The translations under genes were made by a program, and so were the position numbers. Below the pieces are notes generated by a model that was not told the origin of the DNA, made no database searches, and worked only from the letters and a program-made list of their open reading frames with translations. From Candidatus Shapirobacteria bacterium (GTDB lineage: Bacteria; Patescibacteriota; Microgenomatia; UBA12405), in contig JBAYIT010000002.1 of NCBI GenBank assembly GCA_041665485.1, positions 197,867 through 261,866 on the forward strand: a stretch of 64,000 nt of DNA, given 5' to 3'. This document shows positions 18,579 to 28,742 of the stretch, piece after piece (position 1 is the first letter of the stretch; the number at the start of each line of letters is the position of its first letter).

Positions 18579-21248
18579 TCAAAGTGCCTTGATTTGTTCA
18601 AACTTATTCTCATTACCCGCGATAGTTTTCTTTGTTTTGAGAGTTACTGGTACACCTTGTTTAATCCCTGTTTTAGTGCCGTACAATGATCTTGAGTTGC
18701 TAATAGCTTTTTCCTTTGTGGCATTACTTCCGGTAATTGTAAAATCGTCAATCTCACCAGTAAAAGAATCTTGAGGTTCGAGGGCGTTTATTTTGATATA
18801 GAAATGATATGAGGGTAGGTTGCCAATTTGGCCTTCTTCTACTTGGGGCGCAAAAATTGGCAGGATTTTACTTTCATCCTTAGGGCTTGAGGTTCTAAAA
18901 GAGATAATTGTTCCGCTATTTCCAATGATCGTATCCAATAGATCGTCATCTAACTGGACAGTGTTTTGATGGGCTAGAATGGCACATAGTCGGTATTTTC
19001 GAGCCTCAGATAACACTTGAGCAAAGGTGGTTGTAGCAAAGTTTTGGAATTCATCAACATATAGGAAAAAGTCGGTTCGGTTACTTTCCAATAGATTAAT
19101 TCTTCGAAAAGCAGCCAGTTCCAGTTTGGCAATTATTAAGCTACCTAAAAAGAAAGAATTGTCCTCACCGATTTTTCCCTTGGACAGATCACATAAAAGT
19201 ATCTTCTTATTATCCATAATATCGTTAAAATCCAGCTTAGTTTTGGGTTGATTCAAAATATTACGCGTTAGGGTAGTGGTTAAGAATCGACCCAATTTAT
19301 TGGTAATGGGTGAAATTTGTTCCGCTCTCTGGTAACTTCCGGCAGCCCCAAACTCATTTTTCCAAAAGGTCTTTAAGACTTCATCAGTTAATTCATTTAC
19401 AACTCGTTTACGGTATTTGGTATCAGTTAGAAGTTCATATATGGTAAATAGAGTCGGTGTTTCAAGTTCTAAGGCAGTTAAAATGACATTTCTTAATATA
19501 TGCTCCATTCGGGGACCGGAATATCTGGCTTCGTATAGCTTATGAAATACGGATATAAGACTTGAGGTAATAAAATCTTTTTCCCGCTCTCTTTCAACTG
19601 GTGGTAAATCTTTAGGTAATTCCAGAAAATTTAGACCAATCGGATATTCGATATCATAGGGATTAAAGTAAACCACATCTTCGATTCGGTCTTTGGGGAT
19701 TATTTCCAGAAGTCTTTTTGATAAATCTCCATGAGGATCTATCACTGCCAAACCTTTACCATGGCCTAAATCTTGATAAATCATTTGTAGAAGTAAGGTA
19801 GTTTTACCTGTACCAGTTGCTCCGATCATGTAGGTATGGCGTCTTCGTTCTTCCAGTGTTTGACCAATAACTGTTTCTGTCTCGCCGTATTTGTTTTTGG
19901 CAAAAGTAATGTCAAAACCAATATCGGCTTTTTTTAATGATAAAGGAGGTGGTAATTGAGGACTTTTTATTTTTTGTAAATCTTCTGTTTGCGTAGTTGT
20001 AGTAAAAGGAAAGTGATACAAAGAAGAAAGTTCAGTTACCGATAAAATCGAGCTATTTGTAAGTACAGATAGGCGGTCAGTTAAAAGAATTTTGAAAATG
20101 TTGTCAAAAACCTTATTATGAAAAATCAAAGCTGATGAATCCTTAACCTGAAACGACTGATTGGGAGTGGCAAAAGTGTCAAAAGACGAGGTAAGACCGC
20201 TTAAACGTCTCTTATTGTTTTCTTGATCTTTAGTTTGGGAAATAAACCGAATGGTAACATCAAATAACGGCTGGTTAATCTTATCTTGAATGGTTTGATA
20301 AAGCTGTTGTTTTGGTAAACCAATTTCGTTTAAGCGTTTATTATTACCACCATCAAAGACCCACCAAGCGAGAAGTTGGGCATGATTATCTTTATCGAGA
20401 AACCAATCGATAAGAGTAAATGGTGAAAGAATTAAAACCAAAAATAGTCTAAAAATTAGATTAATAGCATCATAAAGTAAATTAACAACTGAAAGATTCA
20501 AACCGTTTCTAATTTTGTGTGAGATATCAGTGTTTCCCATAAATAACTCGCTAATTTCCCTGTTGTGGTGAGTAATTCTCGGATAGGTATTTTCTTGAAT
20601 CGGTGAACAGATGAATTGAAGAGAAACTAGCTCATTCTCAAGCAGTTTAGTCATGTGGGCTGTCACATATGCAATTGGATCATACTCATTAAGAGATGCT
20701 TGGCTTTGAAGCGGATATACATAAGAGCTTTTTAAACTAATTTCTTTGATACCAATAGGAAAACTAGTTAAACTATCATTTAAATAATCGGTAGTTTCTC
20801 TGATCTCAACTCCCGGAAGATAAGCTAACAGTGTTTTTTTAACAACGGATTTATCTTTATCTGAAATTCGTAGAATATACCTAATACCCAGTTGTTTGGT
20901 GGATACTAATTCAAAAGTTAGTTTTCTTTTAAAACCTATTATCCGCTCAATAAATGAATTTTGTTTTCCCAGCGAATGAAATAGGGTATAAAGCTCATTG
21001 GTTGATAAGGGGCTTTTTAAGGTTTTATCTGTTGGTCTGACTTCTAGGTATGCATAGCTTTCTGTAATTGCTTTTTTTATCCTGATATAGAGCAAAATGA
21101 CAGATACAACTCCTAAAAAGGAAAATATCGTTATCAGTAATACGGGAAGTGCAGATAAATATTGGCTAATTGGTGCGGTAAATAACCATGAGAGATAGCT
21201 TGGAAAAACTTTGGAATAATCTATAGTGGCAATGTTGCTGTCCATCAT
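18579..21248 (-). CDS. Type IV coupling protein (VirD4/TraG/TraD-like ATPase) with N-terminal TM helices
   Basis: Two N-terminal TM helices; Walker A GATGTGKTT followed by IDPHGDL; Walker B-like LYVDEFQNF; 889 aa. Confidence 0.7.
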   Translation of the reverse strand: MMDSNIATIDYSKVFPSYLSWLFTAPISQYLSALPVLLITIFSFLGVVSVILLYIRIKKAITESYAYLEVRPTDKTLKSPLSTNELYTLFHSLGKQNSFIERIIGFKRKLTFELVSTKQLGIRYILRISDKDKSVVKKTLLAYLPGVEIRETTDYLNDSLTSFPIGIKEISLKSSYVYPLQSQASLNEYDPIAYVTAHMTKLLENELVSLQFICSPIQENTYPRITHHNREISELFMGNTDISHKIRNGLNLSVVNLLYDAINLIFRLFLVLILSPFTLIDWFLDKDNHAQLLAWWVFDGGNNKRLNEIGLPKQQLYQTIQDKINQPLFDVTIRFISQTKDQENNKRRLSGLTSSFDTFATPNQSFQVKDSSALIFHNKVFDNIFKILLTDRLSVLTNSSILSVTELSSLYHFPFTTTTQTEDLQKIKSPQLPPPLSLKKADIGFDITFAKNKYGETETVIGQTLEERRRHTYMIGATGTGKTTLLLQMIYQDLGHGKGLAVIDPHGDLSKRLLEIIPKDRIEDVVYFNPYDIEYPIGLNFLELPKDLPPVEREREKDFITSSLISVFHKLYEARYSGPRMEHILRNVILTALELETPTLFTIYELLTDTKYRKRVVNELTDEVLKTFWKNEFGAAGSYQRAEQISPITNKLGRFLTTTLTRNILNQPKTKLDFNDIMDNKKILLCDLSKGKIGEDNSFFLGSLIIAKLELAAFRRINLLESNRTDFFLYVDEFQNFATTTFAQVLSEARKYRLCAILAHQNTVQLDDDLLDTIIGNSGTIISFRTSSPKDESKILPIFAPQVEEGQIGNLPSYHFYIKINALEPQDSFTGEIDDFTITGSNATKEKAISNSRSLYGTKTGIKQGVPVTLKTKKTIAGNENKFEQIKAL

Positions 21249-21347
21249 AATTTAATAAGACTTGGCAGAACAATCTTTCCCGTTAAATTAGTGTGGAGTA
21301 TACCAAATCCTATAAGAATATTAAAGCGACGTAGTGCATAAATCCAC

Positions 21348-21695
21348 TTGACAACTATCCCGAACAAGATATATACTATCTCTAACGAGATAGTTATGGA
21401 AACACTAAAACTACAACAATATCCAGCATTTGAAACACCGCAGAAGTTAGCTACTTCGTATAATCCGCAGCAATCAATCGAAACAGCGATAAATAACATA
21501 TTCCCGTTACAGTCAGAAGAAAACAAAACTTCAAGGATGAGAAAAACTTTGGGAGAATCTGCCCAGTCTCTTTCAAACGAACAAATAGAAACAATCACGT
21601 CAGAATTTCAGTTTTTAATTGACTCCTGGATGGATGAGTTCGAAAAGGAGGTCTTTTGTGGATCGACGTTAAAAGAAATTTTAAATGAAGGCTGA
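21348..21695 (+). CDS. Hypothetical small protein upstream of the serine recombinase (possible directionality factor)
   Basis: ORF with ordinary composition co-directional with the recombinase; the opposing ORF 21245..21598 looks spurious (Cys-rich, odd composition). Confidence 0.3.
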   Translation: MTTIPNKIYTISNEIVMETLKLQQYPAFETPQKLATSYNPQQSIETAINNIFPLQSEENKTSRMRKTLGESAQSLSNEQIETITSEFQFLIDSWMDEFEKEVFCGSTLKEILNEG

Positions 21696-21697
21696 AT

Positions 21698-23230
21698 ATG
21701 GAAATCATCAAAAGCGATAACAGTATTAAAGGAGCAATCATGTATCTAAGGGTATCGACCGAAGAACAAGTCGATAATTTTTCGCTGGAAACTCAAGAAA
21801 AGATTTGTAGACAAGAAGCGGAACGTCGAAACATGGAAGTCATTCAAATCTTTAAAGAGGAAGGTCGATCAGCAAAAAACATTACAGGCAGACCCGTATT
21901 AATTGAAATGCTTGAGTTTTGTCGAAAAAATAAACGGACTGTTGATGCTTTGATCGTGTATCGTTTAGACCGTCTTTCTCGTCAAACCGTTGACTTCCTC
22001 GCTATTCGGAAAAAACTATCAGAAAATCAAATCGCTATTATTTCGACATCAGAGCCAACAGGAAACAGCCCGACAGAAAGATTTATTGAAACGATGTTGG
22101 CGAGTTTCGCTCAAATGGATAACGATGTCCGAAGTGAAAGAACAAAAAATGGCTTAAAAGCACGATTTATGTCTGGTTTAACCAGTGGCGTACCACCAAT
22201 TGGATATATAAGCGAAAATGGCTACGCAGTCAAAGACCCTAAAACTTGGGATAATATCAAAAAGTCCTGGGAACTCATGGGAACAGGAACAAAATCACTC
22301 AAAGAAATGGCTGTTATCATGAATGCATGGGGAGTAAGGCAGCATTTTCATGGCAAGGAACATATTGTAAGGCATCAGGCCATTGGTCGAATGTTTCGGA
22401 ACAAATACTACATCGGTATATTGACTTCAGAGAGATATCCCGAAGAAGTCAAAGGACAACATCTTCCCATGGTTACAGAAGCCCTCTTCTATCGCATTCA
22501 AGCCATCATTGACGGTAGAAATACCAATATTAATGTACCAAACGTACGACATAATCGTGATAACCCGGAATTTCCCCTTAGAAGAATCGTAAAATGTGGT
22601 CTTTGTGACAACCCTATGACTGCTGGATGGAGCAAAGGGAAAAATGCCCGCTATGCTTATTATCGTTGTCAAAGATGTAATAAAGCTCCATCAATTCCAG
22701 CAGATAAAATTAACAATTCCGCCATTAGCTTTTTATCAACCATTTCTCCGACTGACGAGGCTCTTAAAGCTTTTGTTGGTCTTCTTCGTCACACTTACTA
22801 TCAAAGGATTGCTCGACTCCAAAAACGCAAAGATGAGGCAGATGGCGAGTTGAAACGCTTAAAAACCCTTCGACAGTCTTTAATTGAAAAGAATCTTAAC
22901 GGAATATATTCAGACGAGATTTTTCGTGAACAAAATAAACTGATTGAGGAACAGATTGCTAATGTCCAAGTTACCAAAGATGACACATTACTTGCAAAAT
23001 TTAATCTCCAAGATATCGTCAAATTTATGCTGGATAAATTCGCCAATTTGGGAAGAACGTATCAAATGTCAAACCTAAACCAGATCAGAATGCTTCTGTG
23101 TTCAATATGCCCCTCTGGATTGAAGTGGGACAATTTAAGCTACTCGAACACCGAGATTAGCCCGATATATAAATCAATTCGTATGTTTGAAGCAGAGGTC
23201 TGCTCCTTTGGTGCCGGGAAGAGGACTTGA
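21698..23230 (+). CDS. Large serine recombinase (integrase), probable true start at ATG 21740
   Basis: N-terminal resolvase domain with catalytic Ser motif YLRVSTEEQ; recombinase domain; zinc ribbon CGLCDN...YYRCQRC; coiled-coil; 3' end overlaps tRNA-Leu. Confidence 0.8.
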   Translation: MEIIKSDNSIKGAIMYLRVSTEEQVDNFSLETQEKICRQEAERRNMEVIQIFKEEGRSAKNITGRPVLIEMLEFCRKNKRTVDALIVYRLDRLSRQTVDFLAIRKKLSENQIAIISTSEPTGNSPTERFIETMLASFAQMDNDVRSERTKNGLKARFMSGLTSGVPPIGYISENGYAVKDPKTWDNIKKSWELMGTGTKSLKEMAVIMNAWGVRQHFHGKEHIVRHQAIGRMFRNKYYIGILTSERYPEEVKGQHLPMVTEALFYRIQAIIDGRNTNINVPNVRHNRDNPEFPLRRIVKCGLCDNPMTAGWSKGKNARYAYYRCQRCNKAPSIPADKINNSAISFLSTISPTDEALKAFVGLLRHTYYQRIARLQKRKDEADGELKRLKTLRQSLIEKNLNGIYSDEIFREQNKLIEEQIANVQVTKDDTLLAKFNLQDIVKFMLDKFANLGRTYQMSNLNQIRMLLCSICPSGLKWDNLSYSNTEISPIYKSIRMFEAEVCSFGAGKRT

Positions 23231-23293
23231 ACCTCCATGGATTGCTCCACACGCACCTCAAGCGTGCTTGTCTACCAATTTCAACATCCCGGC
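23209..23293 (-). tRNA. tRNA-Leu (anticodon GAG), long variable arm, CCA encoded
   Basis: Acceptor gccggga/tcccggc, anticodon stem cacgc/gcgtg with loop ttGAGgt, T-arm ggttcaagtcc. Confidence 0.75.
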
Positions 23294-23388
23294 TCTAGTC
23301 GCTATTATACCTAATGATTTATCAATTTTATACTTCTTCGTAATCTGACAACACGTTTACGACAACTGCAAACTGTAAACCGATCTAG

Positions 23389-23461
23389 TGGCTGTTGAGG
23401 GACTCGAACCCCCGACCGCCCCGATGTAAACGGGATGCTCTACCAACTGAGCTAAACAGCC
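23389..23461 (-). tRNA. tRNA-Val (anticodon TAC)
   Basis: Acceptor ggctgtt/aacagcc, D-arm gctcagttggtagagc, anticodon loop ttTACat, T-arm gggttcgagtccc. Confidence 0.75.
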
Positions 23462-23525
23462 TATTAGGTTAAAACATCCAAATTTTATCAAATTCTCCAT
23501 TAATAATCTCTAAAAACAAAGCCAT

Positions 23526-26500
23526 ATGCAATATCAACTATGTATAAAATACATATTAGATATACGTTATTATCTCCCCAAACATCGGACAAAAGACTTG
23601 CCTTTCTCTCGGATAACTGACACAATGATAATGGTCTTTATTCAGACCATTTTTGTCATGCCCATAACCCTTTTTCATCATTTTTTAACCAAAAAAATCA
23701 CCATTGCCAGATGGCAACTTAATTTCTTTGCCTTTATTTGTCTAACCACCGGTCTAATTACAGGATCCTATCTCGCCCTAAAAGGAATCACGGGCATTTT
23801 TGCCACTTCCAACTCTTCAATAACCAAAACTACCGATACTGATTTTAATCAGGGAACATTGTCCTCACTTTCAATTTCCGGTACCGGAAATTCTGCCACC
23901 GTTCTCCTTTCCGGAACAAGTGGATTTTATAACCGTAATTGGGGTTATCGAAAACAAATAATAATCGACCACACTAAAGTGTCAGCCGATTTAACGGACT
24001 TCCCTGTCCTCATCTCCATAACCAACGCCAGCCTCAAAAGCACCTCCAACGGCGGTCATGTCAGTCAAGACGATGGTGACGATATCTTATTTATCGCCTC
24101 CGACAATCTAACCAAACTAAGTCACGAAATTGAAAAATATGACAGCGCCACTGGGCAATTAACTACTTGGGTCAAAATACCCACTCTTTCAAGCTCTGTT
24201 GACACCACCATCTACCTCTACTACGGCAATGTCAGCACCGCTTCAATGCAAAACCCCACCGATGTTTGGAGTAACGGTTATGTTGGTATCTGGCATTTTT
24301 CTACCGGAGCCACCGGCCTTTCCGGAATAGATTCAACTTCCAATGAATACAACATGACTTTAAATGGAGTCACCGCCGGATCAGGCACCATCAACGGTGG
24401 AGCCAATTTTGACGGTAATCACTATTTATCAATTGGAACAAACATTTCTGCCCTGGACAACGCTAGTAATCTCACCATTGAACTTTGGACAAACTTAAAT
24501 GCCTATGGTTCTTATGGAACTGCTTTTTTTCAAAAACTGTCAATCAATAACTGGTCTAACGACATTTTATTTTTCGTCGGTAATGACTCATCTGTAAACC
24601 TTCAAATTGACAAAGGCGCCGACGGAGGGCCTTCTTATCTCGCCACCGACCTTCGCAACAGACAAGTTCACTTGGTAGGTACTTTTGATGGCACTCAAAC
24701 TGGAAACGCCAACCGAATGAAAATCTACGAAAACGGAGTCCAAAAAACACTCTCGTTTGGCTCCTGGTCGGCACCAACAACAACGGCTGATATGAACGGT
24801 TATAGTCAAAAAATCGGCCAATATACCAACGACGGTCCATATAACGCCTATGGTGTTTTTGATGAATTTCGTCTTTCTAGTGTTGCCCGCACCGCCGAAT
24901 GGGTAACCACAGAATACAACAACCAGCTTTCTCCAGCCACTTTTGTTTCTTTCGGTTCGGAAGAATCAGTTTTAGCCACTTCCGGCACTTGGGAATCGCC
25001 AACAAATTCAAATATTATCGATCTAATTTGGAATGGTGGTTGGGGTATCGGAACAAGTGAATCTACCGCCTTTTCGGCAACAATCTCCGGTGTTGGCGCC
25101 AGCAACACTATCGCCTTCGCCATCAAAACAGCCAATTCAGTCGCCAACCTCACTTCAGCCAATTACATTAATCTCGGCACGGCCAATTCCGGCACCACAT
25201 TTACCAAAACAAAGGCTGAATTAGATGCCCTAGGCGTTGCCACCGGCACGGCCAGATATGTTCAGGTCAAAGCCACTTTTGCCCAAACTTCCGACATCAC
25301 TCCTCAATTACATAGTTTTACTCTTTCCTATCTTTCCGACAACTCTGGCCCGGAAACTAACGCTACCAACATTGTCATGCTTCGCGATGTTGGCGGATCA
25401 GCTGTCGCTCAAAATGGTTGGACCAACAACTCCGCTCCTTACTTTTCCTGGACCGCCGGAGCCGACTCTCAATCCAATATTAAAGGATACTGTCTCTCTA
25501 TCACTGCCGGCAATACTAACCCCAATCTGGGAACCGTAATTAGTGACTTTCTCTCCGACAATACCCCATCCACTCTCGATAGCACTCATATTTCATCAGC
25601 CGGCACTCAATGTGGCAACGGCGCCGGATTTCTGGTCACCACCAACAACATTGATTTTGCTCAAACTAAATACCGGGGAACCGCCGTAAGTAAATCATGG
25701 TTAACTTCCTCAAATACCGCCTACTATCTATATATCAAAGCCATCGATAATACCGGAAATATCGCCCCCGATCCCAACACCTCATTCTATTTTCGTTTTG
25801 ACAACACTAATCCGACTAACCCCACTTATTTCTCCATGCCCAGCGACTGGGTTTCTACCCGATCCGTCTCACTTTTATGGGCCTCATCAGGCGACGATGG
25901 CCCGCAAGACAGCAATTCTGATATTGCCGGCCTCCAATATCGAATCGGCACCACTGGTCTCTGGTATGGTGATTCTCATTCCGGAACACAAGACAACACT
26001 GACCTATTAGCCAACGACGGCAATTACAGCATCCAACAGACTCCTGATTTTACTTCTCTGTCTGAAGGAACAAACAATATCTATTTACGCACCTGGGACA
26101 ACGCCGGAAACGCCTCCTCCTCCTATATTTCCGGAACTTTAAAAATCAACACCATCTCTCCCTCTGCCCCCAGAAATTTAAATGTCGAACCAACCGACAA
26201 CACCAGTAATTCCTACTCTTTTACTTGGGACACTCCTTCTACCTTTACCGGCCAAGCCAGCAATCTTAGTTATTGTTACACCATCAATACTCTTCCCACT
26301 TCCACCACCTGTACATATACCGGAATTGGCACCACCTCACTTTCCGCTGATGCCTTTGCCACCCAGCCGGAAACAAACACTCTTTACCTTGTCGCCAAAG
26401 ACGAGGCAGGCAACATTAATTACAATGCCTATACCTCCATTGCTTTCACTTATTCCGGTACTGCCCCGGGGTTGCCACGAAACGTTGACGTCTCAGACAT

Positions 26501-28031
26501 CTCTATTAAGTCAACTTCCAACTGGAAGTTAGCTATTTCTTGGGATATTCCTTCCTCGGTTGGCGCCGGAGTTTCCTCATATAAAATTTATCGTTCAACC
26601 ACCAACACCACTTGTTCCGCCAGTCCTTCCTTGTTTACTTTAATTGGAACCAGTGCCGGAACCTCCTATTCAGACATTAGTCTCTCTCAAGTTACTTATT
26701 ATTACTGCATTAAAGCCTGTGACAGTGCCTCAAATTGTTCTGCCTATTCTTCAACTGTTTCCAAGATTCCAACCGGAAAATACTTCACCTCAGCCGGCCT
26801 CACTTCCGGTCCAGCAGCCGGATCAATTACCACCAAAAAAGCCACTATCACCTGGAGTACTGACCGTTCTTCGGATTCAAAAATTGCTTTCGGCACAGCC
26901 AGCAATTCTTATGGATCCGACGAAGTCTCAAACTCCTCCCAAGTCACTTCTCACACTGTCAATCTAACCAACCTTAAGGCAGGAACAACCTACTACTACA
27001 AAGCCAAGTGGACAGACGAAGATGGTAACACCGGCACCTCCGACGAGAAAACTTTTACCACCGAATCAGCTCCCACCGTCAAGGACGTTTTAGCAAAAAA
27101 TATTGGTCTATCCACTGCTACCATCCAATTTACTTCCAAAGGCGCCACCAAAATCAAAATTTATTACGGAACAAACACTAGTTTTGGAGGTGGCAAAGAA
27201 ATTTCTACTTCTACTACTGAAACTACCTATACTACCGAATTAGTTGGCCTCAACGATGGCACTAAATACTATTACAAAATTAATACTTTCGATAGCGAGT
27301 CGGGTGAGTATGAAGGAACTATTCTCGATTTCACCACCCTTCCTCGTCCCAAAATCAGTAATGTTCGAATCCAGCAAGTCGCCAATACCGCCCAATCTAC
27401 CATTCTGGTTACCTGGTCCACCAACACCGAAGTCTCTTCAATTATCACTTATTACCCTCAGAATCAACCAGATGGTGCCAAAGATGAAGTCAACATCGCT
27501 CTTATTAAAGGCGATCACCGTTTGATTATTCGCGGTCTTTTACCCGAAACCGACTATATTTTAGTAGTTAAAGGTCGTGACAAAATTGGCAATGAAGCCA
27601 CCAGCGATTTTCAAAGTCTAACCACCGCCACCGACACTCGTCCGCCACAAATTTCTGAACTTCGGGTTGAAAGTTCAAATATTCCTCCCGTAACTCAAAC
27701 CGCTCAAAACCAAACGGCCCAGCTCGTAGTTTCTTGGAACACCGACGAGCCGGCTACCACCCAAGTTGAATTCAGTGAAGGTACTGGCGTCACTTACAGC
27801 CAAAAAACCCAAGAAGACAGCAATCTAACCCTCAATCATATCGTCATTATTTCCAATCTCTCTCCCTCAAAGGTTTATCACCTCCGTGCCATTTCCCGCG
27901 ACAAAGCCGAGAACTTAAGTAGCTCGATTGATGTTGTCACCATCACTCCTAAGGCCACTGAAAACGCCCTTAATCTCGTTATCACCAACCTTGAACAAGC
28001 CTTCAGCTTTTTGGGGGGGTTAAAAGACTAA
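23526..28031 (+). CDS. Giant (about 1500 aa) membrane-anchored surface protein paralog with N-terminal LamG/ConA-like domain and FN3-like repeats; no DGR variable region
   Basis: TM segment with GSYLAL motif as in the 8887..13767 protein; LamG-like region; C-terminal roughly 500 aa near-identical in pattern to the paralog; true start possibly downstream of 23526. Confidence 0.75.
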   Translation: MQYQLCIKYILDIRYYLPKHRTKDLPFSRITDTMIMVFIQTIFVMPITLFHHFLTKKITIARWQLNFFAFICLTTGLITGSYLALKGITGIFATSNSSITKTTDTDFNQGTLSSLSISGTGNSATVLLSGTSGFYNRNWGYRKQIIIDHTKVSADLTDFPVLISITNASLKSTSNGGHVSQDDGDDILFIASDNLTKLSHEIEKYDSATGQLTTWVKIPTLSSSVDTTIYLYYGNVSTASMQNPTDVWSNGYVGIWHFSTGATGLSGIDSTSNEYNMTLNGVTAGSGTINGGANFDGNHYLSIGTNISALDNASNLTIELWTNLNAYGSYGTAFFQKLSINNWSNDILFFVGNDSSVNLQIDKGADGGPSYLATDLRNRQVHLVGTFDGTQTGNANRMKIYENGVQKTLSFGSWSAPTTTADMNGYSQKIGQYTNDGPYNAYGVFDEFRLSSVARTAEWVTTEYNNQLSPATFVSFGSEESVLATSGTWESPTNSNIIDLIWNGGWGIGTSESTAFSATISGVGASNTIAFAIKTANSVANLTSANYINLGTANSGTTFTKTKAELDALGVATGTARYVQVKATFAQTSDITPQLHSFTLSYLSDNSGPETNATNIVMLRDVGGSAVAQNGWTNNSAPYFSWTAGADSQSNIKGYCLSITAGNTNPNLGTVISDFLSDNTPSTLDSTHISSAGTQCGNGAGFLVTTNNIDFAQTKYRGTAVSKSWLTSSNTAYYLYIKAIDNTGNIAPDPNTSFYFRFDNTNPTNPTYFSMPSDWVSTRSVSLLWASSGDDGPQDSNSDIAGLQYRIGTTGLWYGDSHSGTQDNTDLLANDGNYSIQQTPDFTSLSEGTNNIYLRTWDNAGNASSSYISGTLKINTISPSAPRNLNVEPTDNTSNSYSFTWDTPSTFTGQASNLSYCYTINTLPTSTTCTYTGIGTTSLSADAFATQPETNTLYLVAKDEAGNINYNAYTSIAFTYSGTAPGLPRNVDVSDISIKSTSNWKLAISWDIPSSVGAGVSSYKIYRSTTNTTCSASPSLFTLIGTSAGTSYSDISLSQVTYYYCIKACDSASNCSAYSSTVSKIPTGKYFTSAGLTSGPAAGSITTKKATITWSTDRSSDSKIAFGTASNSYGSDEVSNSSQVTSHTVNLTNLKAGTTYYYKAKWTDEDGNTGTSDEKTFTTESAPTVKDVLAKNIGLSTATIQFTSKGATKIKIYYGTNTSFGGGKEISTSTTETTYTTELVGLNDGTKYYYKINTFDSESGEYEGTILDFTTLPRPKISNVRIQQVANTAQSTILVTWSTNTEVSSIITYYPQNQPDGAKDEVNIALIKGDHRLIIRGLLPETDYILVVKGRDKIGNEATSDFQSLTTATDTRPPQISELRVESSNIPPVTQTAQNQTAQLVVSWNTDEPATTQVEFSEGTGVTYSQKTQEDSNLTLNHIVIISNLSPSKVYHLRAISRDKAENLSSSIDVVTITPKATENALNLVITNLEQAFSFLGGLKD

Positions 28032-28034
28032 TTT

Positions 28035-28742
28035 ATGAACAAAACTGTCATTCAGATCCAAAACCTTTCCAAATCCTTTCCTGTCGGCAATCAAAAGGTG
28101 CCGGTTCTTAAAAATCTTAACTTCGGGATTGAAAGTGGTGACTTCTGTATTATCGTCGGTCCTTCTGGTTGTGGTAAATCAACTCTGCTTCACACTATTC
28201 TTGGGCTGGAAAAGCCCACCTGGGGCACCTGTCACCTTTTATCACAAGACCTTTATCACGACATGGATGAAGACCAAATAAGTGAGTTTCGTAAAAACCA
28301 TATCGGCATGATTTATCAACAGCCAAATTGGATAAAGTCACTCACTGTTCTGGAAAATGTTGCTTTTCCCTTGGTTTTAATGGGCAAACCCCACTCCGAA
28401 AATTTGATCAACGCCAATAACTTACTTACCGCCATCAAAATGGATCCCTGGGCCTCCTACCTTCCCACTCAACTCTCAAGCGGTCAGCAACAAAAGGTTT
28501 CTTTAGTTCGCGCATTAATTAGCAACCCCGAAATAATCATTGCCGATGAGCCCACCGGTAATCTGGATTTTGAATCAGGTCAGGAACTAATGCAACTTCT
28601 GGTCGATCTTAACCATCAAAAAGGCAAAACTATTCTTATGGTTACTCACGATCTTGAATACCTTAAATTCGCCAAAACGATACTAAAAATGTTCGACGGC
28701 AACATTGTCAGTAAATATAAACAAAAGCAACATGATCGATAG
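28035..28742 (+). CDS. ABC transporter ATP-binding protein (paralog of 8126..8884)
   Basis: GPSGCGKST, LSSGQQQKVSLVRAL, IIADEPTGNLD, VTHD. Confidence 0.9.
   Translation: MNKTVIQIQNLSKSFPVGNQKVPVLKNLNFGIESGDFCIIVGPSGCGKSTLLHTILGLEKPTWGTCHLLSQDLYHDMDEDQISEFRKNHIGMIYQQPNWIKSLTVLENVAFPLVLMGKPHSENLINANNLLTAIKMDPWASYLPTQLSSGQQQKVSLVRALISNPEIIIADEPTGNLDFESGQELMQLLVDLNHQKGKTILMVTHDLEYLKFAKTILKMFDGNIVSKYKQKQHDR

Noticed and set aside
21245-21598. 117-aa minus-strand ORF overlapping the T4CP stop
   Set aside because: Cys-rich, atypical composition and fully overlapped by a more plausible plus-strand ORF. Likely spurious.
23526-28031. Second VR in the LamG-domain paralog or in the stand-alone FGE gene (60528..61268, ends GFRLA)
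   Set aside because: Neither contains any stretch alignable to the TR (no ggcgaacacacccgcg-like core). Only 12420..12535 matches.
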